Assembly: GCA_028534125.1 (NCBI GenBank)
Contig: CM052817.1
Coordinates: 1,552,001-1,616,000, forward strand
DNA: 64,000 bases
Source: Lama glama
Taxonomy: Eukaryota
Direction of reading: 5' to 3'
Numbering within the stretch: position 1 is the stretch's first letter; each line of letters begins with the position of its first letter. Under the pieces are notes generated by a model, which was not told the origin of the DNA, did not search any database, and was given only the letters and a program-made list of their open reading frames with translations. The position numbers and the translations under genes were made by a program. Of the stretch, positions 53,986 through 64,000 are shown piece after piece.

Positions 53986-54080
53986 CTGCCTGTCCAGAGC
54001 AGCCCCCCATCCTGCCTGTCCAGAGCAGCCCCCCTCCCTGCCTGTCCGGAGCAGCCCCCTGCCCTGCCCATCCGGACAGC
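53986..54080. repeat. 26-bp tandem repeat, ~3.5 copies (ctgcctgtccagagcagcccccc...)
   Basis: Units start at 53986, 54012, 54038 and 54064. Confidence 0.85.
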
Positions 54081-55189
54081 TGGTCCAGCCCTTCCTATTG
54101 CTGCCCCGCTGGACTCTGGCCCATTGTGTCCAGTTTAGCACAGAGGTGCAGACCTTGGCTTCCTCCCGGACAAGGTCCGCCTCTGCTGGCCTGGCCTTCT
54201 GCCCGTCCCCCCAGCCCCTGCAGCCCTCAGCCAGATACTGTCCTTTTCCTGCTCACAGCTTCCTAGGCCCTGGGACCGGGGTCCCAGCCCCACTCCCTGT
54301 GGGGATGCACCTCCCCTCCCTCTCCTCATATGCCCGAAGCTTTCCACCCCTTCCCTGGAAGGCTGCAGGCCCTTACAAGCTTGGTGGCCTTGCCCCCTCT
54401 CCCTAGACACCTTCACTCTATCTCCACCACTTACGTCACCCCTGAGGGTTTTCTCCTGGAAACCATTTCCTCCCAGAAAGCCCCTTCCCCTGCAAGACCT
54501 GACAGGTCCCCTTCCCCCTAGGCCCCTGCACTTTAAACCAGATAATCTGGGTCTAAAGCTGGACTTGTACCACCCCACCTCCCTCTACGGCTGTGGGGAA
54601 GGGCCTCGGTTGGGAGCATTCCCTGGGAGACAAAGTTTAAAATACCTTGTTTTCTGGGCCTCCCAGTATTGGAACAAGACCTCTGGGCCATAGGAGTCCA
54701 GCCCTGATACAAGGGCTGTGTCACTGCATGGAAGTGCCTGAAAAATGTCCTGGAGACTCTTCTGAAACAAGGGCACCCTTCTGCCAGATGTTCGGGGCAA
54801 AGAAGGGGACGGAGGATGGGGTCATCCCATGCCCTGCCTCTCCCTGCCTCCTAACCTGAGTCAGACCCTGGAGGCAGGGATGGGGTCAGAGACGGATGCT
54901 GCCTCCTCGCTCAGGATCAGGATCAGTGGGTTGGGAGGCAAACCTCCTCCAGTGGGGCCACCAGGTGTCACTGTGCAGGACACACACAGGGAACAGACAC
55001 TTACATTTACTGAGCACCTGTTGTGTGCGGTGCAAAGATGGTGTGCCCACACCCGTAGCCAACTCCTGCCTTCTTCTCCCGCGGACCGGGGGTGGGGAAA
55101 GGAGGGAGCTCCCCAAACCCTGAGCCAATCCTTGAACCCCGAGTGCTGCAAGCTGTGCCCAGGGCCTGGAGGCGGCCAAAGTAGTGAGT

Positions 55190-55830
55190 GCCGGGCCCTG
55201 GGTTGGGTGGGGCCGGGGAGCCAGGGGAGGCGGGGCGGGGCCCGCTGGGGCGGCCAGACAGAACGGGCGGGGCCGGAGGCCGGGGTGGGGCCCAGAGCCA
55301 GGGAGGGAGGGGCCAGGCCGAAGGGGCGGGGCCTGGCGGAGCCGCGCGGCCGAAGCGCTCAGCTGGCAGATCTCCTGGCTCCCGGCCCGGCGGGCGGCAG
55401 CGCCTGGCGGCTGAGCCGGAACCGCCGCCGGGACGCCCGGCCCGCGGAGGTGGGGGCAGAGCCTCGGCAGGTAAGGCACGACGGCGGGGCGCGGACTGGC
55501 GGAGCGCGATCGCGTCCCCCGGGCTGGTCGGAGCCCCCGGGGCCAGGGTCTTCGCCGTAGGGCGGTCGAGGGGCGATCAGCTCCAGCTCGCCCCGGGCCT
55601 GGCGGCGCCACCGCGTGAGAAAGTGCGCGGGGTCGGGGGTGCGCGGGGTGCACGCTGGAGGCCGGGGGTGGGAGCAGTGGTGCAGCGTCCGTCCCGCGGC
55701 CCCTCATCCCTCTGGGCTCCCGCTTCTGCAGGCCCCTGGGGCTCGCAAACCGCCGCAGGCCCCCATTACAGAACCCGCACGCCTCGGCCGCCGAAGGCCC
55801 AGGCCGAGTTTGCTTCCACCTCCTCCCGGT
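55190..55830 (+). promoter_or_regulatory. SH3BP2: CpG-island promoter, probably of SH3BP2
   Basis: CpG-dense island with several ggggcgggg boxes (55228-55331). Gene identity is inferred only from the known divergent TNIP2-SH3BP2 order in mammals. Confidence 0.7.
55340..55470 (+). other. SH3BP2: Putative non-coding first exon of SH3BP2 (start approximate)
   Basis: Strong donor CAG|gtaagg at 55470/55471 downstream of the GC boxes; no ATG in the segment. No SH3BP2 coding exon recognised in the window. Confidence 0.6.
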
Positions 55831-57171
55831 AATCCAGACTCTCCTTCCCTCAGCTGGCCAAACGAAGGTGGGAGAAAAGCTGCCTGTTGGAGCTGATTCA
55901 CACTGAAGTGTGAGTGACTGATAGCCCCGTGGCTCAGAGGGTGTCTGCCGTGCTTATTTTGAAGAAGCGCATCGGGGGGGGGGGGGGGGGGTTGGGGACA
56001 GCCTTCCTTCCACACATGGGCCTGGCCCCTCCCAGCAGACCAGCTCTTCCCTGCTGCTCTGGGATCAGGCTTCCCCTGGTGCAGTGCTGACAGTGGCTGC
56101 ACTGGGGGTGTTTAGCCTGCCTGAGCCCTGCTACAGCGTGGGAGCCAAGAGCCCACGGCGCTTGTCGCCCTGCGGGACCCCGAGTGCCTCGTATCCTCTC
56201 TCTGCGCCTCGGCTTGCCCGTCTGTCAACACTGGTGACGCCTGTGCCTGCTGGCCAGGTGGCCATGCTGAGTAAAGTGCCCCTCATAAGTGGCCCTGGCC
56301 TGGGGCGAGGGCTCCGTGTAGGACTTCTGGAGTTGCGGTGTGGCTGACACATGGGAGCTTCCTGATGAGGTGCGTAACCAGGCCCCAGCACAAAGGGGGC
56401 CCAGGAAATGTCAGTTGCCATGATGGTGATAAAATGTGTAGAATTCTTTCACGACAGTCTGATGGCCAAGGGGGCTTGGCCAGTCCTGGTATCGTGGTCT
56501 GTTTCCAGGTTTAAGTCCAGCCCAGCACTGACTCAGTGTGAGCCTGGTCATCCCCCTGTCCTCTCTGGCCCAGGCTCTGTGAGACCAGGCCAGGGTTCCA
56601 TGACCTCCCGGCTCTCCTCCCACTGTGTTCTATACCCAGGACACCCAGAGGACCCCCTGGGAGCGAGGGCTCCACTCCGGGTGGGCCAGGGGACCAGGAT
56701 AGGGGCTCTAAGGGGGGAGGACTCTGTCATAATTCCCCTTCCCTGCCTGCCCCCCAGTCCATTACTTGGCTCTGTGCCTGGTGTTGGGACACACCCTGGG
56801 CAGAGGGGGCAAGCAGAAGGACAGACAGGTAGGTGGCCCAGACTGGTCCCCCTTAGCCATCTGAAAAGAGGGCCTGGCCTTTTGGGGGAGTCCCTCAGGC
56901 TTACAGAGTCAGGGAGGAGCCCACCAAGAAGGCTACCGTGGGAGAGATAGGGAGGCGGGCGGCTCCAAATCTCCCTTAGGCCTTCCTGTTCACGTGGACA
57001 GAGGAAAGTCAGGCGCTGAGTCAGCCCCCACCAGCCCCCCTCAACATGGGTGCACTCAAGCTGCAGGCCTGCAGGTGGGAAGTCTGAAGCACACACACAC
57101 AGAGACCAAGTGGCCCAGCCTTGGACACAGAGGGCCTGGGTCCTGGCTTTGACTGTGGCCACGACCATTCA

Positions 57172-57315
57172 CCAGCTGTGTGATCTTGGCCTGGAGGCTT
57201 CACACTGCTGAGCCTCAGTTTCCTTGTCTGTCAAGTGGAGGGAGTGAACCATTTTCTACCTCGTGGGTGGTAGTGAGTGTCTAGTGGTTGGCTAGTGCTG
57301 GCACATGGTTGGTGT
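57172..57315. mobile_element. MIR SINE fragment (similar remnants near 12300-12390, 22830-22865 and 43880-43990)
   Basis: MIR core gctgtgtgatcttgg...ctgagcctcagtttccttgtctgtcaagtgg. Confidence 0.6.
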
Positions 57316-60300
57316 GCAGTGACTGTGAACCACTGGGGGTGTTTTCCTCAGTCCTCAGGGCTGGGTAACAGGGATAGCTAGGCCACCTCTGGTTGGCAGT
57401 GGGCATGGGGCTGGACCTGGAGAGGCCTGAGACAAAGGGCAAGCTCCCAGGTCCTATCCCGCTTGGGTCTCATGGCAAAGGCCTGAGTCTGTCAGGAGCA
57501 GCCAGGCTTGGGGAGCCGCCTGGGTCCTCCTGGCTTCTGTCCTTGAAGCTCTACAGTAGGACAAGGGTCAGTGACTGGCAGGCTCCTCCCCTCACTGGCT
57601 GGCCAGTAGGTGGCCTCAGTAAGGCTGGGGCATGCACATATGTGGTTCTGTAATAACCCCGGGTAGTGTGGCCAGCACTGCCGAGAGAGGTGGGCTATAG
57701 GTAGCCAGTGAAAGCAGGATTTGCAGTCAGGAGGAAGGCTGTTTGGACCAGGTGGACGGTCATGAGGGTGGGAACAGACTGAGCCAAAGGCTGGCAGTGG
57801 GGAGAGTGGCAGACCAGTTTGACCAGTGGCCTGATGTGCACTGGATGTGGTGAGGGACATGGATCAAAGTGCAGAGGGGCCTGGGAGGCAGGGAGGGGGG
57901 CTGTCAGGACACAAATCCTCACCCCCAGGTAGGCGGCCTTTCTCCAAAAGGCCTCTGGATCTTTCCAGTGGCCCTGACCAGGCATCGAAGGACTGGGGAC
58001 AGTCCTATGTGTGGGCCACCTAAGTCCGAGAGGTGAGGGGCCAGGGAGCATTCTAGACCCTTTGTAGCCTTGGGCAGGCAGACCCAGCAGCGCCTGCCGC
58101 CTGGTCATTGTCCTTAAAGGCCCTAGGCCTAGGCACCAGGGCAGACGGGGCGATGCCAGGAGAGAGGGAACTGCTGCTCAGCTGTGGCTGGGAGACCTGA
58201 GCCTCCTTAGTGAACTCTCAGGGGATAGAAGCCCCTGGCTTTGGCGGGGGCCAGGCTCCAAGCTGCACCTGAACTCCAAAGCACCATCCCAGTGAAGTGC
58301 AAACCCAGGCTGGCCCTCGTCGGGGAGGGGGCCTGATGGGGCTTGAGGTGGCCTGGGCTCCCAGGAGAGGCAAAAACCCGCCCCACTCCCTCCTTCTCCC
58401 TGGGCACCAGAACTTCTGAGGTTCCAGCTCTGGGGCTGCCTGCAGGTCAGCCCCTGCCCACCCCCGTCCCAGGTCACAAACCACCTGGAGCTGCTGGCAG
58501 ACCTGGCGCTTCCTTCACCCCTGACCCTGAGGTCCAGGGGAGACTGACCCCCAGCGCATGCCGGCTAGCCACGGTGGGCCCCAGGGCGCCTTGCCAGTTG
58601 GCCTCCAGGAAAGGTGTGGGCTTGGTCGCCCGAGGCAGTGGCCTGGTTTGGTTGGTGGGGCCTGAGGGTTTGGTCTGCACCTCTGATTCCGAGAAGTGCC
58701 CTCTGCTTCCTTGTGAATCAGATGTTTATTGTGTGCAGGCTCAGCCCAGGGCAGGGGCGGCCCACTGCCAAGCACGCCCGTTCCAGGCCACTGGGTAGGG
58801 TGTGGGGTGCCTGCCTGCTGGAACCTGCAGAGGGAGCGGAGGTCCCTGCCCCCAGGGCCTGCCAGGCTGACGGGTGACAGCCCCAAGGTGGCGCCATGCG
58901 TGCGGTGCCGAGGGTGGGCTCCCCCATGGACAGAGGCTGAGCCAGCCTGGAGGAGGCTTCCCCAGGGCTTCTCTGAGCCAGCAAACAGTTTCTCCCAAGA
59001 AGCAGAGGGGAGTCACATTCCCAGCACAGGAGTAGCCTGTGTCCCTTTCATGTCCGAGTGACTCTCTGGACTTCAGGTCGCTCCTTGTGAAACAGGACAC
59101 TGAAATCCTCCCCCCCAGGTAGGCGGCCTTTCTCCAAAAGGCCTCTGGATCTTGAAACAGTTCTAACTTATGGTATCCTCGGGAAAGTTAAAAGAGACAC
59201 AGTCCTCACTGTGGGACCTAGATCCTGCAAGGGGCGCCATCAGGGCCACACCTCCAGCCCCAGCTGGGCTCCCTGTCCTTGACCTCACACAGACCCTGCA
59301 GCTCCACTTCAGGGGTTTCCTCTAGTCCTGCCTGAGGGGGTGCTGTGATCCTGCAAGCTGCTATGTGGCATTAGAGAGCCCTGTGTCCTCACACCCACTG
59401 CCCTGAGCTGGGGTGGGCAGAGCCAGCCTGGCCCCCACCCCTCATTGCTGGCAAAGTGGAGAGAGGTCAGGGGTCGACCCAAGGTCCTGGAATGCAGGGT
59501 GGGCCGTGGCCTGGTTCCCAAAGCCTTGGGAGCCCGGGGCAGCACCCACAGCCCACTTAGGGCCCTGGCTGGAGGACGAGGCCTTTGCCACCCCACTCTG
59601 AACCCTACCGCTGGGGCAGTGGTGGGGCCCCCTCAGAAGGCGGCTGCCCAGAGGCCTCTGCCCCTCTCAGGCATGCCGGGGTGTCCTGTGTACCAGGCCA
59701 TGGGCCAAGCATGTCCCCAGGAGAGGACAGGTAGCAGCTCCACCTGTCTGGCTCACCCTGCCATCCTTCCTCAGAAGCAGTTTAGTAAGGCTTAAGTGTC
59801 CTGCTTGGTGCTGGGGCCCGGCCCCGGCCCCGCCCCCACCCCCCAAGCCGGATGACTCCTGCAGGCCCGGGCCCATTCCCTGGTCGTGTTTACCTGCCTG
59901 CTTCTCCCTGCCCGAACGGGAACTCACGAAGGACAGGGCCACATCTGACTGCCCAGCAGTGCCCCTGGGGGCCTGGCCCAGAGGAGGGAAGTTCCCCTGT
60001 GAAGCTCCCACAGACTGAAGCCTGGATGGCTGCAGGCAGGGCGTGTTTAACTCCGGCTCGTCATCAGAGACAGATGTGCTCTGTCATCTTGGAAGGCCTC
60101 TGCCGCCCGGTTGGCGAAGTTTCCAATCAGATCATAGTGGGTGGTTCTGTTGTGGCCTTGCTTGAACCTCTCGAGGTTTCCATCACAGCCCCACCGAGCC
60201 ATAGGCTCCAGCTGCCACAGCCCTTAACAGTCACCACTCCAGCCACCCGGTCTCAGGGGCCCCAGCAGTGGTTCAGACAGGGTGACTGAGGCGGGAGGTT

Positions 60301-63300
60301 TATGGCACCCACTCTAAGTGGAAGCCATTCTGTTCTCTGTGGCTGTTCGTTCCTAGAGACACACGTTGGGGCCAAGATTGGGGTCAGCTTGGGCTTCCCA
60401 GAGCCACTGGCCACAGCGGGGACATGGTCTTTGGGTCCCAGAGAGCTGGACCCCAGGCACGGCCCTGGCAAGGTTAGGTCTGCACCCAGCAGGAGAGTGG
60501 TGGGGAAGGATCCAGGAAGGCGGGCCTGGGAGTCCTGAGTGGTGGGAGGAATAGCGCCCTGCCCCGTGCTGGAGCAGGAGGGAGGCATGCAGGGAAAATC
60601 AGCACACTCCTTGTCTCCTAAAGAATGACCTCCCTACCCTGGCTGCTTCCTCTCTTATTTGAGGCCAGAAAAGGAAGGCCTTCCCCAAGGGGCGTAAGAG
60701 GCGGGCACCGAGCCGCTGCATCCCCAGACAGCCGGGCAAACGCAGTGCTGGGGGCTGGGCCCTGGCAGGCAGGCTGGCAGTCAGCTGGGTGGGTTTGACC
60801 ATGGTGGGCAGAGGGTGGAGCGCTGCGTTCCCTGCCCTTCAGCAAGGACAAGAGGTGGTTTTCTACTGCCGTCACCATCTGGCCTGAAACCCCTGGGGGT
60901 TCAGGGTGGCCGTTGGGTGCTTGGCAGGGCACGTGGGAGTGACCTGCTGCAAGCTGGAGGCAGCAAAGGGCCTCAGAGCCCCTGCGGTCGGTGCCAGGCC
61001 ACTGCGGCCTCCCTGCTGACCACCCAGCTCTTATCAGAGCCAAGGCCCCTTGGGGACAGAGCCTCGGCCTCCAGCAGGGCCTTGTTTGTGCTGTGCTGCA
61101 CACCTGCTGGCCACCCTTCCCCACAAGGTCCTCCCCCCAGCCCCCCACCTCCGGATCCTACCCAGGGGGACTTTCTGCCTGGCCTGCCCCAGGGCTGGGG
61201 TCCCTGGTGCCAGCTCCCTGCTACACGGGGAGCTGCTCAGGGCGGCCCATGGGGAGACTCTGGAATAACTTCCAGGACTCACCAGGACCCGGCCTGATTT
61301 GTTTCTAGACCCTGGGCTGCTGCTGCCAGAAGAGGCTGATGCCTGGTCCTGCCGTCAGGGGAGGTGTCCCGGTCTGGGCGCAGCCCCGGGCCCTGGCTCA
61401 GCTGGGCCTCAGCTCCAGTGGCGCTGGGGTCCACCTGCTATAAAATGGAGTGAGGGATGGTGCCCAGCCCATCCTGGGATCCTGGACAGCAGCCCTGCAA
61501 GTTTTGCCACCTAGGGCAGGAGCCCTCTGAGATCAGCCTTCCTGTTCTCCTGAGAGTGTGACTGGGGGCATGAGTGCTATGGTCAGTGGTGGCTGTGCCT
61601 GCGCTGGGGGCAGGAAGTCACTGGGGAAGGAAGAGCGTTGAGAAAGAGCCACCCTTCACCCTGGGCAGGATCGAGGAGGCCTTGCCCCGAACCCAGGGTT
61701 CCTGCCAGCTGGGCACCGAAGGGGCAGCTGTTTCAGGGCTGAGGTCTTGAGAAGCAGGAGGAGACAGCCCACCCCAGTGGCCTCCATGTTGATTCACCCG
61801 CCGCCTAGAAGACACAGGGACCCCGCCTGGGTGCTGGGCCCAGGCTGGCTGTGGGGGAGGGCACGGGGCCGGGTGAGGCAGCAGGCACCGTCTTGGCCTG
61901 CCAGTGGGCAGCACCCAAGAATGGTGTAGGAGGTGCCATTGGGGGCACCGAAGGTGGGGCCTTCTTGGGGTGGGAGCAGGAGGGGCAGGAGGGGCCAGGC
62001 CAAGGGGTCCGGCTGTGTGCTGGCGTGGAGGCTTCGAAGAGGAGGCTGCGAGAAAGCAGAAGGGGCCAGAGAGGTCGGGCCGTGGGTGGGGGAGGGTTTT
62101 AAGCAAGGGCTGGTTTCTTTTCAAAGCTCACCCTGGGGTCTGGAGACCACACCCCGCCGCACAGACGCACAAGCCCCCTCCCCCGCGGCGGTGGCTGTGC
62201 GGATGCTTGCTTCAAAGGCTTGGGCAAATGGGACCTGCAGGAGGGCTAGGTGTGCGGTGCGGGCAGCGGGGCAGGCGCCCACGGTGAAGTTGGTGATCTG
62301 CACTGAGGGGCCGCCGGGGCTGGGGAAGGCAGACCTGGTGAGGCTGGGCTGTACCAGGCTCTGGTAGTTCCTACTCTGTCCCCTCCCCAGTCCTCTTTGC
62401 TGCCTTTTCCGGCTGACAGTCGTGTGACCCCATGGCTGTCTCCCTGGGGAGGGGGAGGGTGTCCCTGGAGTGTTCACTGAGCTGTGTCCCCTCTGCCACC
62501 CAGTACAGGCCACCCCAGCCCTGTGGCAGGTCCCCGGCCGAGAGTAGGAGGCCTTAAGGGCTGGCACTCAGGAACTTGGTCCCTGGCTCTGCTGATCAGA
62601 AGCCGCCTTGCCTCTGGGGACCTCAGTTAGGCAGACAGTTAGATGAGAGCATTTGCCTTGTCCATGATGGGCCTGCGGGGCAGACGGCAGGGCCAGGCGG
62701 GTGCTCTGCCTGCCCGTGGGGATTTGGTGAAGCCCCCTAAGGCTGCTGTGTCAGGGGTGGGGTGCAGGGAGGTTGGGCAGAGGGAGAGGCCCTGACTAGA
62801 GCCGCCCACCCCTCTGAGGAAGGGCCGGCCTGGATGAGCCTCCAGAGACCCCCGCCTCCAGCCCCGCACTGGGCTCTGGGGACCCCCTGAGGGCACCCCT
62901 CCCTGGCCTGACTGTGGGGCATCAGGGTGTCTTGCGGAGACCTGAATTTGCGGAGTGGTCAGGGAGGGTGTGCGAGCCGTCTGTTGTGGTCGGGCATCAG
63001 CGGGTTGAGGGCCTTGAACCCGAGACTAAGCACAGTCGCCTTTGAGAGTCGCCTCCCTGCTGTGGCTGGGAGCGGGGCTCAGAGTCGGCGGGTGGAGTGT
63101 AGGAGGGTGGTTGTGGGGTGCAGGATCCCACAGGACCATTGGCCTTGGAAGAGGGACGGTGTGCCCAATCGCAGAGTGGCTGGATGGAGACCCCTCCTGT
63201 CCCGCCGCCGCTCTCTCCTGTCTCCTGCCCCATCTGTGAAGACGGCCCGGAGGGGCAGGGGAGGCTAAGGCTGGGCCCCTTTCCTGCACCAACCTGGGCC

Positions 63301-64000
63301 CACTGCCAGACCCTTCTCCTCACTGGGCCTCTGAACAATGGGGCAGTGTGAGGGCGCCTGGGAACGGTGGGGTCAGCCCGGCCCCCTGTGGGCCCCTGCC
63401 GAGGGGCTCGGACAGGAGCCAGCGGCCGTGAGTCATCGGTCCAGCGCCCGCCTGGGGTTCCCAGGCCAAGGAGGAACAGCTGCTCTCAGTCCCCCAGCTC
63501 TGGGGGCCGGCCTGGGGCTCCTTCCCTCTTTTGCCCTCCGTCTGTGCCTCTTCCTGCGCGCGCTCTCTGGCTCTCTCCCTGCTGGGCCTGTCTGCCTCCC
63601 TGCCGCTGCCCAGCCAGAGACCTGGGCCTGGGAATGGCCGCGGCCTGCTCCCTGGGGCCCCTGCCCACAGCAGCCAGGCAGAAGGGCTGGCTGTCACATG
63701 GTGACCCCTCTCCCAGCTGGCAGGGTCCCCAGGGGGTGGCCAGTGAGAGAGCAGGACCCGCCCCAGACAAGAGACCTCCGGAGGCCAACCTGAAGTTTAC
63801 TGAAAAACGGAAGATGACCAAAAGCAAGAGAAAATGCAATAGAGTTAAAGACTAAGAGGCTGAAAATTGCTCGACAGCATTAAAGAAAGAAAATTGAAAA
63901 CAGCTCAGAAGTGCTCAGAAATATTAACATTAGAGAAAAAAGGACAAAAATAAGTGGGTTAAAACTGAAGACCAAGCAAACCCTAAGACGCCGAAGTGAG

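Noticed and set aside
54829..55832. ORFs of 214-273 aa over the second CpG island
   Set aside because: Same GC artefact; no recognisable domain and no SH3BP2 coding sequence.
63790..64000. Abrupt A-rich segment at the window end
   Set aside because: Probably the start of another old L1-like repeat, but it is truncated and not diagnosable.

Overview
Mammalian genomic DNA, probably camelid: the tRNA-Ala-headed SINEs resemble the camelid Vic-1 family (inference). The only host protein-coding sequence I can support is TNIP2/ABIN-2 coding exons 1-3 on the minus strand (21167-21445, 8836-9123, 311-400; the gene continues off the left edge), with its CpG-island promoter. A second CpG island at ~55.2-55.8 kb has a plus-strand first-exon donor; by synteny this is most likely the non-coding first exon of SH3BP2. 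The rest is transposon-derived or GC-rich non-coding DNA: a near full-length dead LINE-1 in TNIP2 intron 2, several other L1 pieces, a decayed env-less gamma-like ERV (~26.0-37.6 kb, minus) carrying nested L1, Tigger, solo-LTR and SINE insertions, and MaLR/MER21-like LTRs and MIRs. I found no convincing new gene system. The most notable observations are (1) the full-length L1 inserted into the polypyrimidine tract of the TNIP2 exon 3 acceptor, apparently separating it from its original branch point by 6.4 kb; (2) a candidate L1-L1 gene-conversion tract; (3) local AT-to-GC biased decay of repeats; and (4) a short templated insertion in the putative SH3BP2 intron 1. Repeat family names are from memory and boundaries are approximate.
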